From Octopus vulgaris (lineage: Eukaryota), in NCBI GenBank assembly GCA_951406725.2, contig OX597824.1, positions 32,446,001-32,508,000 of the forward strand: a stretch of 62,000 bases of DNA. The letters run 5' to 3'. Below, piece by piece: positions 1 through 62,000 of the stretch. Below the pieces are notes generated by a model. That model did not search any database and was not told where the DNA came from. It was given only the letters and a program-made list of their open reading frames with translations. A program made the translations under genes and the position numbers. Within the stretch, counting starts at the first letter, position 1. The number at the start of each line of letters is the position of its first letter.

Positions 1-1465
1 TTCATACACACTTACACTGCACATCCAATGGAGCATGCTTGCTTCATTTCTCTTCAGTCTTCTCAAGTCATCTTTATTCATGGCTCCATGCTATGTGTGT
101 GTCTCCTTGACATAACACTATACTTGTAAATAGCACAATACTTGTTATGTCTTCTTGACATAACATAGCACTTGTCATTATCAAACAAGCAATGACATTC
201 GATTTCAATCTTCCATGAAAACATATCTGTCCGTAGGAAAGTTTTATCTTGTATGGAAATAAGTGAGGGTTGATGACAGGATCCAGTTCTAGAAAATCTG
301 CCTCATGAATTCTGTATGACTCATGCAGGCATGGAAATGTGGAGATTAAAACAATGATGATAATGATAGTATCTTATATAGGTGTATTAATATTATATAT
401 ATATCTATATATCTATATCTATCTATATATATGTGTATATGTATATATGTGTGTGTGTACATGTGTGTATATATATATATATATATACATACACACATGT
501 ACACACACACATGAACACACACATACATATACATACATGGATTCATATGCATATATATAAATGTATACCTCATATAAATATATGCTTATATATGCAAGCA
601 TATAATCATAAGCATGTACACAAAAAGAGACACATAGATATAACCTAACACAAACACACAGCTAAAAAAAATAATTATGTAATTATGTAATATTTATTGA
701 TATCAGCAATATAAGTTATTAGATATTTATCTTGTGATTAAAATGCAGTTAAAATATGCATATGATGAAAAATGAGAAACAAATGGAATAAAATGTTTAG
801 AATGAGTGCCATTTGGAATACAGTTGTTGTAGAGTTTTTGCAGAAATATGTTCTAAAGAAACAGTTAAATCAGAACTTACCGATGAGAAAATGAAGAACC
901 ACTCATACCAAGTGAGAAAAGAGCATTTAGAATTCGATAACATGCGAGTTGAACTTCACCAACTGAGGAAGAAAAAAAACGAAGACATGTCATGGAATGA
1001 TTTTTGAATAAGTTTTGGAAATTTTTGGCATGTTTGGTTGTACTAAATTTAGAAATAATCTATTTGAAATTTCCCTCAATAAATTAATGTGTTGGGATTT
1101 TGTAAAATCAGAAGTGCTAGATTTCATGTTTAGATATAGCAATGAGAATGTAGATGAAAAAAGAAAGAGCAAAATTTCAAAGAATGTACACCAAGGCAAA
1201 ACAACACATATTGTTTAGCAAATGATGTGTATGAGACATTTTGGCATGGCTGTTTTGGTTTCCATCTATTTGGCATTGCTAATTTGATGCCAAATAGGTA
1301 CTCCATTTCATAGTAATTTATCATAATGTAATACATATTTATTCTCATTGTTTTAAATTAATCATATATTATCTTATAGCTCAAAATTTTGATGGTGCGA
1401 TTGTTTATTTTAGAATGTCATTGTAGGGTGGGTGAGAGAGGTCAGATCTGGTTGCTTTGAGTATA

Positions 1466-1693
1466 TATTTCTTTACTACCCACAAGGGGCTAAACACAGA
1501 GAGGACAAACAAGGACAGACAAACGAATTAAGTCGATTATATCGACCCCAGTACATAACTGGTACTTAATTTATCGACCCCGAAAGGATGAAAAGCAAAG
1601 TCGACCTCGGCGGAATTTGAACTCAGAATGTAACGGCAGATGAAATACGGCTACGCATTTCGCCCGGCTTCCTAATGTTTCTGCCAGCTCACT
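1466..1693 (-). mobile_element. tRNA-derived SINE family A; other copies at ~3066-3285, 6210-6366(+), 6452-6660, 34200-34387(+), 37195-37410, 38933-39150, 45225-45420, 45432-45652, 59575-59780, 61013-61230 and 61313-61475
   Basis: Shared core GTCGACTTTGC(C/T)TTTCATCCTTTCGGGGTCGAT; B-box-like GAGTTCAAATTCC; 12-bp TSD gctttgagtata at 1454-1465 and 1694-1705. Confidence 0.85.
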
Positions 1694-1944
1694 GCTTTGA
1701 GTATAAAAAAGGAAGAATATTTGGGCTGGTTATGGCCGGTTTAAATGCCAACAGATTAAGATGATATTGATTATAAATATGTTTTGTGCAGCTATGTGAA
1801 AAATTAAGTGAGGTTTACTCTGGTACTAGCTTTAGTTTATTCAGCAAAATGCTAAAAACTCTATATGAGAGTTGAAACATGTAGGCTTTTTCTCCAGTAG
1901 AGAATGAAATAAAATAAATGAAAAGATTTCAGTAAAGTACGCAC

Positions 1945-61709
<59,765 letters not shown>

Positions 61710-62000
61710 CTGAAATAGAAAAATTATATACATTCAATAAAATCCCCTATTTGCTATTATTTTTAAACATTTGCTTTTATTTTTGGCAGGGCTATTTATT
61801 TCTTGCTTGTATTTAACTTCAACTCAGATCCAAAGTCCTTCATCCATTTCTTTTAGACTACATTAAAGGAAACTATAAATTTGACAAATTAAATTTATGA
61901 CTCTTTTGCCTTTTTCTTTCAGACATTGTACTGTGGCCATGTTGGGGCTCTGCCTTGGCAGGTATTTAGTTGAACAAATCAATGCCGGTACTTTTTTTTT

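Noticed and set aside
1-1944. Search for the next RyR exon (expected LDD.Q..CY.IL motif) and the 64-aa ORF at 813..1007
   Set aside because: No matching exon was found on the minus strand, so it probably lies beyond the window. The short ORF has no recognisable similarity.

Overview
This is AT-rich, microsatellite-laden eukaryotic genomic DNA. It is most likely from a coleoid cephalopod (Octopus-like), inferred from the repeat families and not proven. The whole window lies inside one gene on the minus strand: a ryanodine receptor (RyR, intracellular Ca2+ release channel). I traced 33 consecutive GT-AG exons from 61709 down to 1945. They total 4813 nt (1604 codons + 1 nt), and every splice junction is phase-compatible. 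They cover roughly human RyR1 residues ~1580-3150: end of SPRY3/junctional solenoid, second RIH domain, repeat 3-4 phosphorylation domain and start of the bridging solenoid. The gene continues beyond both window edges. The introns (194 nt to 17.8 kb) contain a DD37D/maT transposon, mariner elements and derivatives, a TTAA-targeting piggyBac-type MITE, decayed LINE/PLE fragments, four tRNA-SINE-like families, foldback palindromes, a three-tier minisatellite, multi-kb (TA)n tracts and local tandem duplications. No CRISPR, rRNA or true tRNA genes were found. The long ORFs in the track (IYIY... and the 35-aa repeat ORF) are repeat artefacts. I found no new protein-coding system. The best leads are intronic dsRNA-forming structures next to RyR exons, the hierarchical minisatellite, and several RyR sequence peculiarities.
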